Counted from the first letter of the stretch, positions 24,561 through 37,109 are shown. The stretch is DNA of 64,000 bases from Felis catus (GCF_018350175.1 NC_058383.1:12526001-12590000), one strand, 5' to 3'. Notes: generated from the sequence alone by a model not told the origin. Program-made: numbers and translations.

Positions 24561-24612
24561 TTTCCACTTCCTTTCACGACATAGCTTCTGAATCACATTA
24601 CAAACCCTCAGA

Positions 24613-24796
24613 TGTTTTTATTTTAATTTTTGAGAGAGTGCAAGTGGGGGAAGGGCGGACAGAGGGGGACAGAACACCCCAAGCGGGCTCCGCGCTCACA
24701 GCAGTGAGCCTCTTGCGGGGCTCGAACTCACGAGCCTCGAGATCGTGACCTGAGCAGAAGTCAGAGACTCAACCACGTGAGCCACCCAGGCGCCCC
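24613..24796 (-). mobile_element. Can-SINE (older feliform type)
   Basis: GGGGCTCGAACTCACGAGC..GATCGTGACCTGAGCAGAAGTC..GCCACCCAGGCGCCCC. Confidence 0.92.
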
Positions 24797-25494
24797 CCCA
24801 TCACAAATCGTAAAGGATCCAGGGTACTGGCAGCAAAGGGCTGGGCTTTGTGGCCTCCCGTGAGCGGCCGTTCTGGGTGTTTCTGAATGGCACCAGGGAT
24901 CTGACCTCTGTAGGTGGAGCTCCATTCGGAGCAGGAACGAACGAACACTCCTTCCCATATGCCTTCTGTAGGGTCCTGCCTTCCACCCTCGTGGGAAAGT
25001 TTAACGACCTACCGCCGATCCCAGGCTATTCTGGACAACAAAATTAGCAGGCCAACGTCATTGCCAACGAGGAAAGTGATAGACTGTGTCTGTGTATTGG
25101 AGTGTGGGTAGGTGAATGATAGACCCATCGATTGGTTGATCGATCAGTAGATATATAAAAATCTCTGCCCAGTAGGTCAGGCCTTACCACTGGGGAAGGG
25201 TAAAATGGGGTCACGTTACAATGAATCCAAGCTCCCCCGACTTACTCCAGAGGAAGAGTAACCCTTGCCAAGGGATCCTGAGGTTATTTCCGGCAGCCCA
25301 CAGACGGGGTACGGTCCCTCAAGGGCTGTAATGTCACCAGTTGGAACGAATGCAGGTTCCCAGGTGTTTCCTCGGGAAGCTCCCAGGGTTGCCATTTCTC
25401 AGCCCGGCCAGAGGTGCTGGGCGTTGTGTAGACGCCTCCAGAACTCCACTCAGGGTCCCCGCTACCGCTCAGAGACCAGTACGTTCTTCTAGAA

Positions 25495-25740
25495 CCCTGC
25501 CACTAAAGGTGTGGTCCCTCACCCTGGTGCAACAGAGTCACCTGGGAGCTTGCTAGTAATGTTCGGGTCCCGCCCCCCAGAGAGTCTTTTTTAATGGAGA
25601 TCGTCTGCTTCTCAAATTTTAATGGTTCAAATACACATTTCGGTCCTGTTAGGTCCGTGTCGGGGCCTGGGATTGTGCATTTCTACACATTCTAGGGCAG
25701 AACTGATGCTTCTGGTCCGCAGACGAGTCTTTGCAAGAAT
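25495..25740. mobile_element. MER5A/MER5B-like hAT fragments
   Basis: GTGTGGTCCC..TCACCTGGGAGCTTGCTAG and GGGGCCTGGGATTGTGCATTTCTA..CTGATGCTTCTGGTCC. Confidence 0.65.
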
Positions 25741-27237
25741 GTGGAGAACAGATTTCTCAGCCTCTGGTCCTGGACCCCTCTCCACTCAGAGGCCTCAAAC
25801 CCAGTAAAGGGCATTCGTCCCAGCATCCCAACCAGTCTCTCCTGACACCAGCAAAAAAAAAAAAAAAAAAAAATGTGAATCTTTTTCCAGCATAAACTAT
25901 GCACAGAGTTCAAGTCCCCTCAGGGTCTCATGGAAGCTTGCAGAAAATTAGAGGAACGTTTAATCATCTCTAAAGAGTTAAGCCACTCGTTGGAAATCCG
26001 AAGTCTCAACCCAAACACAGTTTCGAACCGGCTCACGCGGGATGGATTTTAGACACAAGGTCGGCACGGGCTTCCGGGCAGCAAAAGTGGGAACTGCCAG
26101 GAGCACGTAGCTGACAAAGCGCGTCCGTCCTCACGTTCGGTGACCCTAAAGAAAAGCTCATGTCACCTCCGTGCCCTCCTTCTGCCTCTCTAGCCCGTCC
26201 GTTCCTGGTCTTGTACGAAAGTCCCTGATTCCCACCCCACCGCCAGCCCCGCTCACCCCAGTGCCCCATCTCCCATTTTGTTCTTTGGAACCGGTCAGGG
26301 CGGGTAATCTTTGTTGTGAGAGAGGCAGGATGAGCAGCCGGAACCGGCACCCAAGAGAGGTGCACTGTGCAGCTGAGCGATCGGGCGCTGGAAAGCGCAA
26401 GTGTCCTGGACGGAAGGAATTCCAGAGGGAGTCTAAGATCCTGTTGATGGGACTGCTGAGCCGGTGGCAGGACCGGCGGAGAGCAGCCCTGAAGACGGAC
26501 CGGTTGAGTTAGGCTTCCTCAAAGTGCAAAAGCAGTTTGCAAGCGTATTTGACAAGCTGTAGGGCAAAGGCACCGATCAATCAGAAGGCAGCACTGGCCC
26601 AGGGTCCTGGAGCCCCTCCGAGGAGCTTGGGGACATCTAAGGAGCTTTGGGGGGAAAGGTTAGGGGAGCCAGGATGGGGGTAGGGACAGGGGTCCTCCAG
26701 GGGAGCCTCGTTCCTCTGTTGAAAGCTTCCCACGTTCCCACCCCTACAACTGAGAACGTGTCTCGCGTTTGCCAATTTTCTGAGGCAGATAAAAAAAAAA
26801 AAAAAAGATTGGAATCCTGCCTCTAAAACCAAGAGGAATGCAAACAAGAGTGCTTCGTGTGGATCCAGGAAAGATTCTAGGAAGGATGGTTTTTGAGCCT
26901 TAAGAAGGAGGCAGCAAGGATTTGTTCAGAACTCACGGCGCCAGTCCCGCGACCGATCTCCCCAGTAGGTGTGGGTCTCCTTGATGTCAGGCTACATGTG
27001 ATCTTTGACTTGGAGGCGTTCTTCTCCACACGGCTGAGTCCACTTTGCCCCCACCTGCTCCCCTCTCTCTGCCAGTGCCCAGAACCAGTGCTGCCCAGAG
27101 GCAAAAGCCTCACCTCGGTCAACATGGCGTACTGGCTTCATCAAGGTCGCTCGGAGTCTTTCAAAGCATAAGAAAGGCTGGTTACTAAAACAGAAAGTAA
27201 TTTCTGTTCGCATTGAATGAGTATTAAAAATGTATCG

Positions 27238-27825
27238 AACAGCTTTATTGAGATACAATTCACATACCACACAATTTGGGATTCAAAGTGTACAATTCAA
27301 AGACTTTCAGAATATTCAGGGCTGTATAGTCCCCACCAACACTCAATTTTAGCGCATTTTCATCATCCTCCAAAGAAACTCCACACCTATTAGTTGCCAT
27401 TCCGTCATCACCCCCATCCCTTCCAGCCCTAGGCAACCACTAACCCACCTTCTGTCTCTCTATATGTCCTTGTTCTAGACGTGTTAGGCGAATGGAATCA
27501 TAGGATACGTGGTTTTTGTGTGTGGCGTCTTTCACTCACCTTAACGTTTCCGAGAGCCATTCATGCCGTAGAATCTATCAGAACTACCTTCCTCTTCGTG
27601 GCTGGCTAATAGTCCATTGTATGGATATAGCACATTTTTTTTTATCCACTCATCGGCCGATGGACATTTCTACTCTCTGGCTATTACGAATAATCTGCTA
27701 CAAACACTCACGTACAAGTTTTACGTGAGCGTATGCTTTCATTTCTCCTGGGTGCACACCTAGCGGTAGAATTGCGGAGTTATATGGTAACCCTGTGTTT
27801 AGCGTCTGTGAGAGACTGCCAGACT
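27238..27825 (-). mobile_element. L1MB-like 3' end
   Basis: AACAGCTTTATTGAGATACAATTCACATACCA..CCAGCCCTAGGCAACCACTAA..TCCATTGTATGGATATAGCACA..TATATGGTAAC. Confidence 0.9.
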
Positions 27826-28432
27826 CTGGAAGAATAGCTACTTCTGAATTAAATCAGTCTGAAGGAGCACGCTGGCAAGGGTGTCGTTGGCTTTTCCTCT
27901 CCAGAGTCCTTGACCTAACCCAGCTAGGAATGTTGGGCGTGCCTTCATCCGTATCTATGGTTTTCCTTGTCTCCCACCCTCACCACGTGTCAAACTCCAC
28001 GGAACGCAAATTGCACCTCCCCTGGATTGTGGTCCCCATCCAGAAGTGACCCACGGTCCCTCTACTATATAGACCCTCTTCTCTGCTCCCTCCCCATGCC
28101 CCCTCCCCCCACCGCCTTCCCCTTTCCTGTTAGGAAATGGCTTTGCTTGCTAGTCCCAGTGAAACACAGGACCCATCACGGAAACTTAGTGACATCTATA
28201 TCCATACTTTGCTCCTTCCCCTCCGTCCCGGCGGGTGAGCTCCCCCGGCTCTAGGAGGCTATCCTACCGTATAGCACCTGAGAGCAGTAGCTTCCTCAGA
28301 GCCTTCACCGCATGGGTTACCTTCTCAGTCTCCTGAAACTCTCGTCCCCCCCCCCCACCCCGTCGCTCATTTTCATTGCCCTTAAGTAAGGTCAACTCTC
28401 TGTCATTAAAAAAAAAAAGAAATAGTACTGTT

Positions 28433-28653
28433 GGGGCGCCTGGGTGGCTCAGTTGGTTAAGCGTCCGACTCTTTGGCTCAGGTCGTGATCTCAGGGTTTG
28501 TGAGATCCAGCCCGTACATGGGGCTCTGGGCTGCCATCAGGGAGCCTGCTTGCAATTCTCTCTCTCTCTCTCTCTCTGCCCCTCCCCCACTTGCACGCAC
28601 ATATGTGTACTCTGTCTTTCAAAATAAACATACATATGTACATACATACATAC
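28433..28653 (+). mobile_element. Can-SINE with (TACA)n tail
   Basis: GGGGCGCCTGGGTGGCTCAGTTGG head; degenerate TSD ATAGTACTGTT / ACAGTACTATT. Confidence 0.92.
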
Positions 28654-28679
28654 ACAGTACTATTTTTATAGTAATTCCT

Positions 28680-29326
28680 TCACACTAGGGCTCCTCCCTT
28701 AGCTCCTACCTCATCTCTCTGCCGCCCTTTAGAGTAAAGGCCACGGGAAAAGATGTGCAATAACTTCTCCATATCCTCTCTCCCCACTCACTCTTCAACC
28801 CACAATGCCACCGAAACATCCTGGCAAACATCTCCTCCACTGCCCTGTCTTTTGATAAAGCCAGTGAATGTCTTTTGGTCCTTGTTTGATTTGACCTCTC
28901 TTCTTAAACTCCACCCTTACTGTCTCGTGATCTCCTTCCCTGGCCTTCTCGACAGACCCCATGCCCTGCTGGTCATTTTCTCTTCCCTGTCACTCTACAG
29001 ATGTGCATCCATTCTTGTTTGTTCACAGCTTTGAATTTTGCCGCAATGTGACTGCAACATTCAAATGTGTCTCTGCAGCCCTACCTCTCCCTCAGCTCCA
29101 GACCCATACCTCCAACTGCCTGTCCCACATCGCCATTTGAATGATGAAGAGAAAGCTCAAATCTAACTTGGCAAAAGGCAAACCACTTGTTCCTGCTTCC
29201 CACAAAAAGAAAAGCCTGCTCTGTGCTCAAGCCTTGCCTCTTTGCTATGTGTTTATTATATCTTCCTCAATATAAGCTCCTTGAGGACATCTATCACTCT
29301 CCCTGGCCAAGTGAAGATACTCGGTT
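28680..29326 (+). mobile_element. L2 fragments including 3' end
   Basis: CTCACTCTTCAACCCAC..CTCCAGACCCATACCTCCAACTGCCT..TATAAGCTCCTTGAGGAC..CCTGGC. Confidence 0.7.
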
Positions 29327-30371
29327 AGATGGATGGATGGATAAGTGGTTGGATGGATGGATGGATGGATGGATGGATGGATGGATGGATAAGTGGATGG
29401 ATGGATGGATGGATGGATGGATGGATGGATGGATGGATGGATAAGTGGACAGATAAGTGGATGGATGGATAAGTGGATGGATAAGTGGATGGATGGATGG
29501 ATGGATGGATGGATGGATGGATGGATGGATGGATGAATGGATGGATAAGTGGATGGATGGATGGATGGATGGATGGATGGATGGATGGATGGATAAGTGG
29601 ATGGATAAGTGGATGGATAAGTGGATGGATAAGTGGATGGATGGATGGATAAGTGGACAGATAAGTGGATGGATGGATGGATAAGTGGATGGATAAGTGG
29701 ATGGATGGATGGATGGATGGATGGATGGATGGATGGATAAGTGGATGGATGGATAGATAAGTGGATGGATGGATGGATGGATGGATGGATGGATGGATAA
29801 GTGGATGGATGGATGGATGGATGGATGGATGGATGGATGGATGGATAAGTGGATGGATAAGTGGATGGATGGATGGATGGATGGATGGATGGATGGATGG
29901 ATGGATAAGTGGATGGATAAGTGGATGGATGGATGGATGGATGGATGGATGGATGGATGGATGGATAAGTGGATGGATAAGTGGATGGATAAGTGGTTGG
30001 ATGGATGGATGGATGGATGGATGGATGGATGGATGGATAGATAAGTGGATGGATGGATGGATGGATGGATGGATGGATGGATGGATAAGTGGATGGATGG
30101 ATGGATGGATGGATGGATGGATAAGTGGATGGATAAGTGGATGGATGGATGGATGGATGGATGGATGGATGGATGGATGGATAAGTGGATGGATAAGTGG
30201 ATGGATGGATGGATGGATGGATGGATGGATGGATGGATGGATGGATAAGTGGATGGATAAGTGGATGGATGGATGGATGGATGGATGGATGGATGGATGG
30301 ATGGATGGATAAGTGGACAGATAAGTGGATGGATGGATGGATGGATGGATAGATAGGCATATGGATGGATG
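29327..30371 (+). repeat. About 1.04-kb (GGAT)n tetranucleotide array with AAGT variant units
   Basis: 4-bp register of GGAT with AAGT, GGAC, AGAT, GGTT and GAAT variants. Confidence 0.98.
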
Positions 30372-30389
30372 CTGACCTCACAAGACTCC

Positions 30390-31350
30390 ATGTCAGTTTT
30401 TTCTTTACGTGCTCTCCCTGAACATTCTCATCCACTCCACATTCAACTCTTGCTCTGGGCTGAGGGTCCCCAAATCTGTATCTCCAGTCCAGCTCTCTCT
30501 GGACCACATGGGTGCCTTCCATGCTCTTCAGCTGCCTTCTGGGCATCTCCAATCAGATGCCTCACAGTGGATCAACCTCAAATGCCCAACTAAAACTAGC
30601 CCTCTTCTTAATCTCTTATCCAGATAAAGATTGCCATTATGTATTCAGGTGCCAAGGCTGGGATTCTGGACCTCAACCTTCACTCCTTCCTCTCAAACAC
30701 TACCATGACCTTTGATCCAATGCCAGATCTATATACTACCTATATGTCGACACCACCCCCATCAGTCCTCACCAGGGACACTGCAACTGCTCCAGTGCCC
30801 TCTCCACCTCTGGCTGTGCCCAGTGCTCTCCACCTCCAACCTGAGTGGTATCTCTTCAACTCATATCTATGGTGTTACACTGCCATGAGGATGAATGAGG
30901 ATGAAGTTCAAAGCCCTCGGTCTTTCATGATCCGCCTCACTATTCCCACAGGACATTATACTCCCACTGTTTGGACTGCTTTCGGGTTCTTCAATGCACC
31001 ACGCTGTCTCTTGCTTCTGAGCCTTTACCTTCTGCCTGAAATGTCATGGATCCACCGCCTTCTTTCTGCTGTCTTGCTTTATCATGCAGGATTTATTGAG
31101 GGCGCCACTCCTGCCAGAGAGCCTTCCCTCGTGTTCCATGCCATCCTCCAGGTCTAGATTAGGGACTTCTACCTGCTACCATCAAATCCCATGCCTCTTT
31201 TATTACCCCCAAAGCATTGCATTCTATTTGCCTTTTTACACGTCTGTGAGCTCTCTGAAGGCAGTGACAGCGTCTCAAACATCTCTAAATCCTCAATACT
31301 GAGAACAGAGCTGACACAGAAAAGGCATTCAAATATGTGTAGATTGATGG
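30390..31350 (+). mobile_element. L2 fragments
   Basis: CCCAAATCTGTATCTCCAGTCCAGCTCTCTCT..TGTGAGCTCTCTGAAGGCAG..GACACAGAAAAGGCATTCAAATATGTGTAGATTGATG. Confidence 0.75.
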
Positions 31351-31399
31351 GTGGAACCTTGTGGGAGTACAGCATATATTTTGGAAAACCTAATAAGGG

Positions 31400-32730
31400 C
31401 TCCAGGCATTTTTGACAGGAGAGAGTGATGAACTGGGTTGAACAAGATAAAATTTAATTGGAACAAATGTAAGGTTCTGCCCTTGGGTCCAAAAGGCACG
31501 TGTGCAGGAAGAGGGAACGGTGTGTCGTTGCAGTTTATGCGAAAAGCCTAGGGAGTTAGAGTTGTCAGTAAGCTCAGTGCGGGTCAACAGTGTGATCTGA
31601 CTGCCAAAAAAATTAACGCCATCTGAGTTCACACTAGACGCGCAGCTTCTAGAGTGAGAGAGGTGATGGGCGTATTCCCATCGGACCATGCTGTGGCTCT
31701 GGGTTCGTTCTGAACTTCACGTACCAGGAGCCTGGCTGTAGCAGGTGCCGAGGCCCAAGGTCAGGTTGGTGAAGGGACCTCAAGCAAAAGCCCAGTGAGA
31801 CTGGAGGGAGGATCAGGGTCTGGGCGGCCTCCAGGAAGCATGTAGGCTCAGACTAGTTATCTCTAAGCACCCAAAGTCACACGGCCTATTGTAAGGAATT
31901 ACTTTCTGACCCCATAGGACTGTCCACAACGGACAGCTAGGGAGTCTCCTTCCGATGGACGCATTTGAAAAGCCCACAGAATGATCTTTTCAAAGCACAG
32001 GCGTGGTTATGTCACACACACACGTTCACCCTCACGCTCCCTGTATCCCACACTTTTCTGCCCTACTACCCAACCCCTGCTCAAACCCTGGCTCGAAACC
32101 CCTACAAGCTTCCCAGTGTCCTTGGGATACAAAAATACGATCCTCCGTGCGGCCTCCGATGCTCTGATCATTGCCGGGCTCCTCTCCTCTCCCTTCTCCC
32201 CTCTACCCTTCTCCTTGCTCCCTCTTCCCCCTTCATAACCTGTCACCAGACTCTCTTGCCTCAAGACCCTAATCCAGGCAGTTCCTTTTGCCTGGAATGC
32301 TCTCCCCTCCCTTCTTTCACCTAGTTCTTGCCTCCGATCCTCATAGGTACAGGCTCTGCCCCTTCAGAGAGCAAATCCTTGCCTTTAGTCCAGGCTGTCT
32401 CAGCACCAGGTGACTCCCTGCTTCTAGCACTCCGGGCAGCCTCAGAATCTTACATCGTAACATGCGTTACATTGCTTGACGTCTCCCTTACTAGACCGTA
32501 AGCACCAGGAGGGGAGGCGCTGCCTCTGGGTTTGCTCCTCCTCTCTTGGCCTCCTGGGCACTGAACACAGTGTCTGGTGAGCACAAGAGCTTAGTCAAAC
32601 ACGTGCTAAGCGAGCAAACGAACGAACAGACGAGACAAGCGATACATTAATTATTTGGACAAATGCTGGGCGGCCATGAAAAGCTTCAGGTGGGCGGTTG
32701 GACTGATGGACCTTCAAGGCTCTCTAGAAG
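31400..32730 (+). mobile_element. L3/CR1 LINE remnant, split by an L2
   Basis: Translation from 31441 gives NKIKFNWNKCKVLPLG and from 31570 KLSAGQQCDLTAKKINAI, like CR1 ORF2 MKFNxxKCKVLHLG and KLxMSQQCxxAAKKANAIL; 3' end pieces near 31890-31970 and 32690-32730. Confidence 0.8.
31975..32645 (+). mobile_element. L2 3' portion nested in L3
   Basis: CAGAATGATCTTTTCAAAGCAC..TGCCTGGAATGCTCT..CTAGACCGTAAGCACC..CACAGTGTCTGG. Confidence 0.75.
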
Positions 32731-32859
32731 GCCAAAGTGCCTGATCGGCTCTATCAAAAACCGCACCCACACTTGAAGGGACCTTCAGATGTTAGCATTC
32801 ATTTCAGTTTACCAAGTGTCTGCTTCCCATGAGTCTACCCTTCTGTTTCTGTTTCTTTG

Positions 32860-32958
32860 TTTCTTAAAGTAGGCTCTATGCCCAGCGTAAGCCTTGAACT
32901 CATGACCCTTAGGTCAAGAGTCGCATGCTCAGTGGACTGAACTGACCAGGCGCCTCCC
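32860..32958 (-). mobile_element. Short ancestral Can-SINE (SINEC_old-like)
   Basis: AAAGTAGGCTCTATGCCCAGCGT..TTGAACTCATGACCCT..TCAAGAGTCGCATGCTC..CCAGGCGCC; tRNA-like body lacking (CT)n. Confidence 0.8.
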
Positions 32959-32989
32959 ATCTGCCCTTTTGTAAGCCACTTCTTTAAAA

Positions 32990-33191
32990 TCTTTTTTGAA
33001 GTTTATTTATTTATTTGGCGAGAGAGAGCGCACGCCAGTGGGGAGGGGCAGAGAAAGAGAGAATCCCAAGCAGGCTCCAAGATGTCAGCACAGAGCCCCA
33101 CGTATGGGCTCAAAGTCACGAATCATAAGATCACGAGCTGAGCCGAGATCAAGGGTCAGACGGTGAACTGACTGAGCCACGCAGGTACCCC
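32990..33191 (-). mobile_element. Can-SINE (Fc3-like)
   Basis: GAATCCCAAGCAGGCTCC..TGTCAGCACAGAGCCC..GAGCCGAGATCAAG..GACTGAGCCAC; degenerate TSD TGTAA(G/A)CCA. Confidence 0.92.
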
Positions 33192-34126
33192 TGTAAACCA
33201 GCTTTGATGCACTTGCCTGACCCCACCTAATCATAAAGACATTTGTGGGTTTGTCTCAATCCCTCTATGCAAGGAACTTAGAATCCATCCGGGGAGATTT
33301 CACAGTCTCCTTTGCACCTGCCCCGCACACCCCAACCTACAACCAGGTACAACACATTTATGCTATTTACTTGGCGCTTCATTATGCCGTGTCTCACTGA
33401 GTCTCGTCTTTCGATTCGGAAAGTGTGCGCGCATTGTCACATCATACAGGTCACACCCTACCGTAAAGAACTGCACGGGTGCTTTTTATTATACGGGCAT
33501 TCTGTTGCATCAGATGGTTCGAAGTAGGGAGATGACAGAGGCTAGGGACCATGAGATCCTAGCTTATGAAGTCAGCCTGTTTTGTGAATTTGACCCGCAC
33601 ACGCTTTAATGAATTTTGAAACTGTCCTCCTTCGGGCTGCCAATTACAGTCAATTTTCACTCATCTAAAAATCATAAACAGCAAATTAAATTGAACATCA
33701 TTCATTTAATACTCCCCTGTGGGCTTTCCATTTTCCCCCTCCCCAAGTTCAGACCCTATTGAATGAGTAAGTATAAATTCCCAGGAAATTGTAACTTTAC
33801 TTTTCTAGGCTGAACTTCATTTCTATCCCGAGCCCCCGTTCTCCCCTGTAGCCGAAAACGTGATCTTGCTAACGCACAGTGAACTCAGTTAAGTTAGTGT
33901 TCACCCCACCCCGGTTCCTGGACACGGTACTTGGGCTCCAGCACGTCACTCTCAGCAGATTTACAAAGCCAGCCTTCAAGATGAAGCATTCTGCCAAACC
34001 CTCACGTGTGGTCAACCTTCCGTGCTGACCTCGGTTGAGGTGTCCCTGACCGGTGTCAGATGTGGCCTGGGTTAGGACTCTGTTCCCCGGCAAGTAATTG
34101 TGGTCCCGACTTGCTGCGAGTTACAG

Positions 34127-34298
34127 CCGTGCTTCTCAAAGTCTGGTCCCCACACCAGCAGCACCGGCGTCCCTTGGGGACTTTGCTAGAACTACAGACC
34201 TTCAGGCTCCACTCCAGCCTACTGCATCGGAACCAGCAATCTGTGAGCCAGCAAGCCTCCCAGGTGGTTCTCCCGCATGCTCAAGTTTGAGAACCTCT
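34127..34298 (+). mobile_element. MER5A-like hAT MITE
   Basis: GCTTCTCAAAGTCTGGTCCCCACACCAGCAGCA...CATGCTCAAGTTTGAGAACC with TIR-like ends. Confidence 0.85.
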
Positions 34299-35259
34299 CC
34301 AAGGGAGTTTCTTGTCCTCGTCAACCATGAAGTCTGGAGGCTGGCCACTGCCAGCCACACTGAAGAAACACCATTAACACTCTGGTCCCCTGTAGGCGGA
34401 GGTGGCAGGGGAGTGGGGACAGCAATGGCTGCCGGGTCGGCCAACCATCAGTTTCTGCCCCAGAGCTGTTGTGCTCCGCACGCAGGACCCCCTCTGGGTG
34501 TGCCACCCGCCTTTGGAGTCCCAAAGCTCCTTCTCTTCTCACCTTGCTGGCTCAGGGCCACCAGGAACTTGGATTCTTGTCCTCCAGCCCAGATGCCACC
34601 TGCCATTATCCTTGCACGACGCCCTGGTAAGCTGTCCCTGCGAAGCAGCCGCCCCCTGCGGGCTCAGGTCCTCAAAGTCATCGGGAATGCTGTCGCCCCT
34701 CTCCCTTTGGCAACGGGGCACAAGGACGGTTGCGGAGGGGCAGGGTGCAGTGCCAGCTCACCCTCCTGGCTGCTTTACAAACCACCTCCGCCACCCCAGG
34801 GACCAGTAGTCCCCTCTTTCACAGTCTCATCTTAAATAGACGGAACGAACCCTGGTACAGCATGAATTCTCCCACATCTCTCTGACATTCACCAGGATTG
34901 CATCTTAAAAGCCGTGCGTTGGAAGTCTTTTTTTCTCTGACTCTGTTCTTGAAGCAATGGAAGCCTCAGACACAGGGGTCTGTAGGAGCTGGGGGTGGAG
35001 GGAGTGGTTCAGAAGAGAAGAGAGAGGGGGAGGGAGGGCGGGAGGTATTGAACACTTGACAGCATCCTGTCAAATCCGGAATGGCTTCATAAACAGTAGC
35101 TGCTGTTTTCAAAAAAACATCTTTGGAAGGGAATATTGTACAACTGTTGGAGTGTGTCGGTGGGGGGTGTCTCCCCTAACGCTGCGTCTACAATGTTCAA
35201 AATAGCAGTCTGCAAAGAAATCTCTCCCAAACCCCGTTATTTTGAGAGGACTCTAGCGG

Positions 35260-35480
35260 AGTGGAAGAAATAGTGGCGTAAGAACTGAAAGAATTGCATT
35301 TTCTATCCCGATCTGTCACCTCCTCGCCGGGCGATCGTAGCCGAGTCACTGCGTCTCTTTGGATCTTGGGTTACAAAACCTATAAAATAGAAGTGAAGAC
35401 ACCTGTTCTGCCTGCCCGGTGTGTATTCTCATGCCCATCTTACAGATGCTGGTGGTAAAGGGTCAAAGGAACGAAGACAC
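35260..35480 (+). mobile_element. MIR
   Basis: AGTGGAAGAA..TTCTATCCCGATCTGTCAC..GAGTCACT..TCTCTTTGGATCTTG..CTATAAAATAG..ACACCTG. Confidence 0.6.
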
Positions 35481-36096
35481 ACAAAAAAAAATGATTTGAA
35501 ATAAAGCAGCGGTTATGCAAAGGAACACGTATAGAAATGCCACGATGTTCCATCTCATAAAACAAAGGGGAGGTCATTATTTGCTTTGATAGGACCCATT
35601 TTTTTTTAACCGCATTAAACTCCAATAGCATTTCAGATTCCCCCTGAGGTTTCTCTTCGGTCGTTTCAAAGAGGCCAAAGCAATAAAGACAACAAAATGA
35701 AGAGGTTAAGGAAATAAATGAAAGACCACGGAAAAGTTTGTTTCCCGCGTAACTCAGCAGGTTATTTTAGGGCAGGTGTCCGTACTGATTTTCCGCCCGC
35801 TTGATCTACCAATTACTGAAAGAGGCACGTTGACGTCTCCAGCTGTAACGGTGGATTTGTCTGCCTCTTGCAGTTCTGTCGGCTCTGCCTCACGAATTTT
35901 GACGGGTTATTTGGTACATACACTTTTAAGATTGTTACCTCCTCTTGGAGAATTGACCTCTTCATTGTGATGCGACGGCCCCCTTTACCCCTGGTAATTT
36001 TCCTTCTTCTGAAGTCTGCTTTCGTGGGAAATTAACATAGCTGCGCCCGCTTTCTGCCCACTGGTGTGTTAATTCCGTGTATCTTTCCCGGTGCCT

Positions 36097-36528
36097 TTTT
36101 TTTTTTTTCATTTACCTTTTTTAATGGAACTATAATCGATATACAATGTTTCACAACTTTCAGGCGTACAACGCGGTGATTCAATGATCCTATACGTTGC
36201 TCAAAGCTCACCGGGGTAAGTGTGGTCACCATCTGTCACCGTACAATGTTATGACAGTATTATTGTATTATATACTTTTCATCTCCGTGACTTATTTATT
36301 TTATAACTGGAAGTTCACATCTCTTCATCCGCTTCTCTTACTTCCCCCACTCCCCTCACCCATCTCTCCTCTGGCAACCTCCTCTCTATATTTAAGACTG
36401 TTTCATTTTTTTGTTTCTTTGTTTTGTTTTTTATATTTCACATATAGGGGAAATCACATGCATTTCTCTTTCTCTGGCTTATTTCCCTTAGCATTATACC
36501 TTCAAGGTCCATTCATGTTGTCACAAAC
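36097..36528 (-). mobile_element. L1 3' end (L1MA9/L1_Carn-like) nested in older L1
   Basis: TTTCAGGCGTACAAC..GTCACCATCTGTCACCGTACAATGTTAT..TTATTTATTTTATAACTGGAAG..AGCATTATACCTTCAAGGTCCATTCATGTTGTCACAAA. Confidence 0.88.
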
Positions 36529-36637
36529 ACCTTTGTTTTTAACCTACCTGAGCCTTTATATTTAAAGTAGATTTCTTTTAAACAACATAATTGAGTCTTG
36601 GGGGGGGGGGGTTGTCCACTCTGGCAAAACTGTCTCT

Positions 36638-36864
36638 TTCTTTTTAATTTTTTTTAATGTTTATTTATTTTTGAGAAAGAGAGAGAGAGAGACAGAGTGT
36701 GATCGGGGGAGAGGCAGAGAGAGAGGGAGACACAGAATCCGAAGCAGGCTCCAGGCTCCAATCTGTCAGCACAGAGCCCTACACAGGGCTCAAACTCACG
36801 AACTTTGAGATCATGACCTGAGCCGAAGTCAGATGCTTAACCAACTGAGACACCCAGGGGCCCC
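36638..36864 (-). mobile_element. Can-SINE (Fc2-like) with TSD
   Basis: TSD AAAACTGTCTCT at 36626-36637 and 36865-36876. Confidence 0.95.
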
Positions 36865-37109
36865 AAAACTGTCTCTCAGTTGGTGTATTTAGACCACTCA
36901 CATTTTTTTCCAGCCAATGGACATTTTTATTTTCAAGGTTCTTGGAATCCATTGCCACATTTTTCCCCCCAAAGAGTTTTACCAATTAATACACGCATCC
37001 ACAATTCAATATAATAAGTGCCTGCCACCAGCCGGTCCCTGGGAATAAATAAATGTCAGGTCCTCGTGTAAATTCCAGTTTCTCCACATCCTTGCCAGCG
37101 TTGGGTTTG

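Noticed and set aside
23541..24596. 351-aa minus-strand ORF
   Set aside because: R/G/A/P bias expected of GC-rich DNA, overlapping ORFs in other frames, no recognisable domain or exon structure.
29245..30552. 435-aa, 365-aa and MDGW-repeat ORFs
   Set aside because: Translations of the (GGAT)n/(ATCC)n array; stop-free because of composition.
32860..32958. tRNA-Lys-like sequence with A and B boxes
   Set aside because: Degenerate SINE head with A tail; no intact cloverleaf evident.
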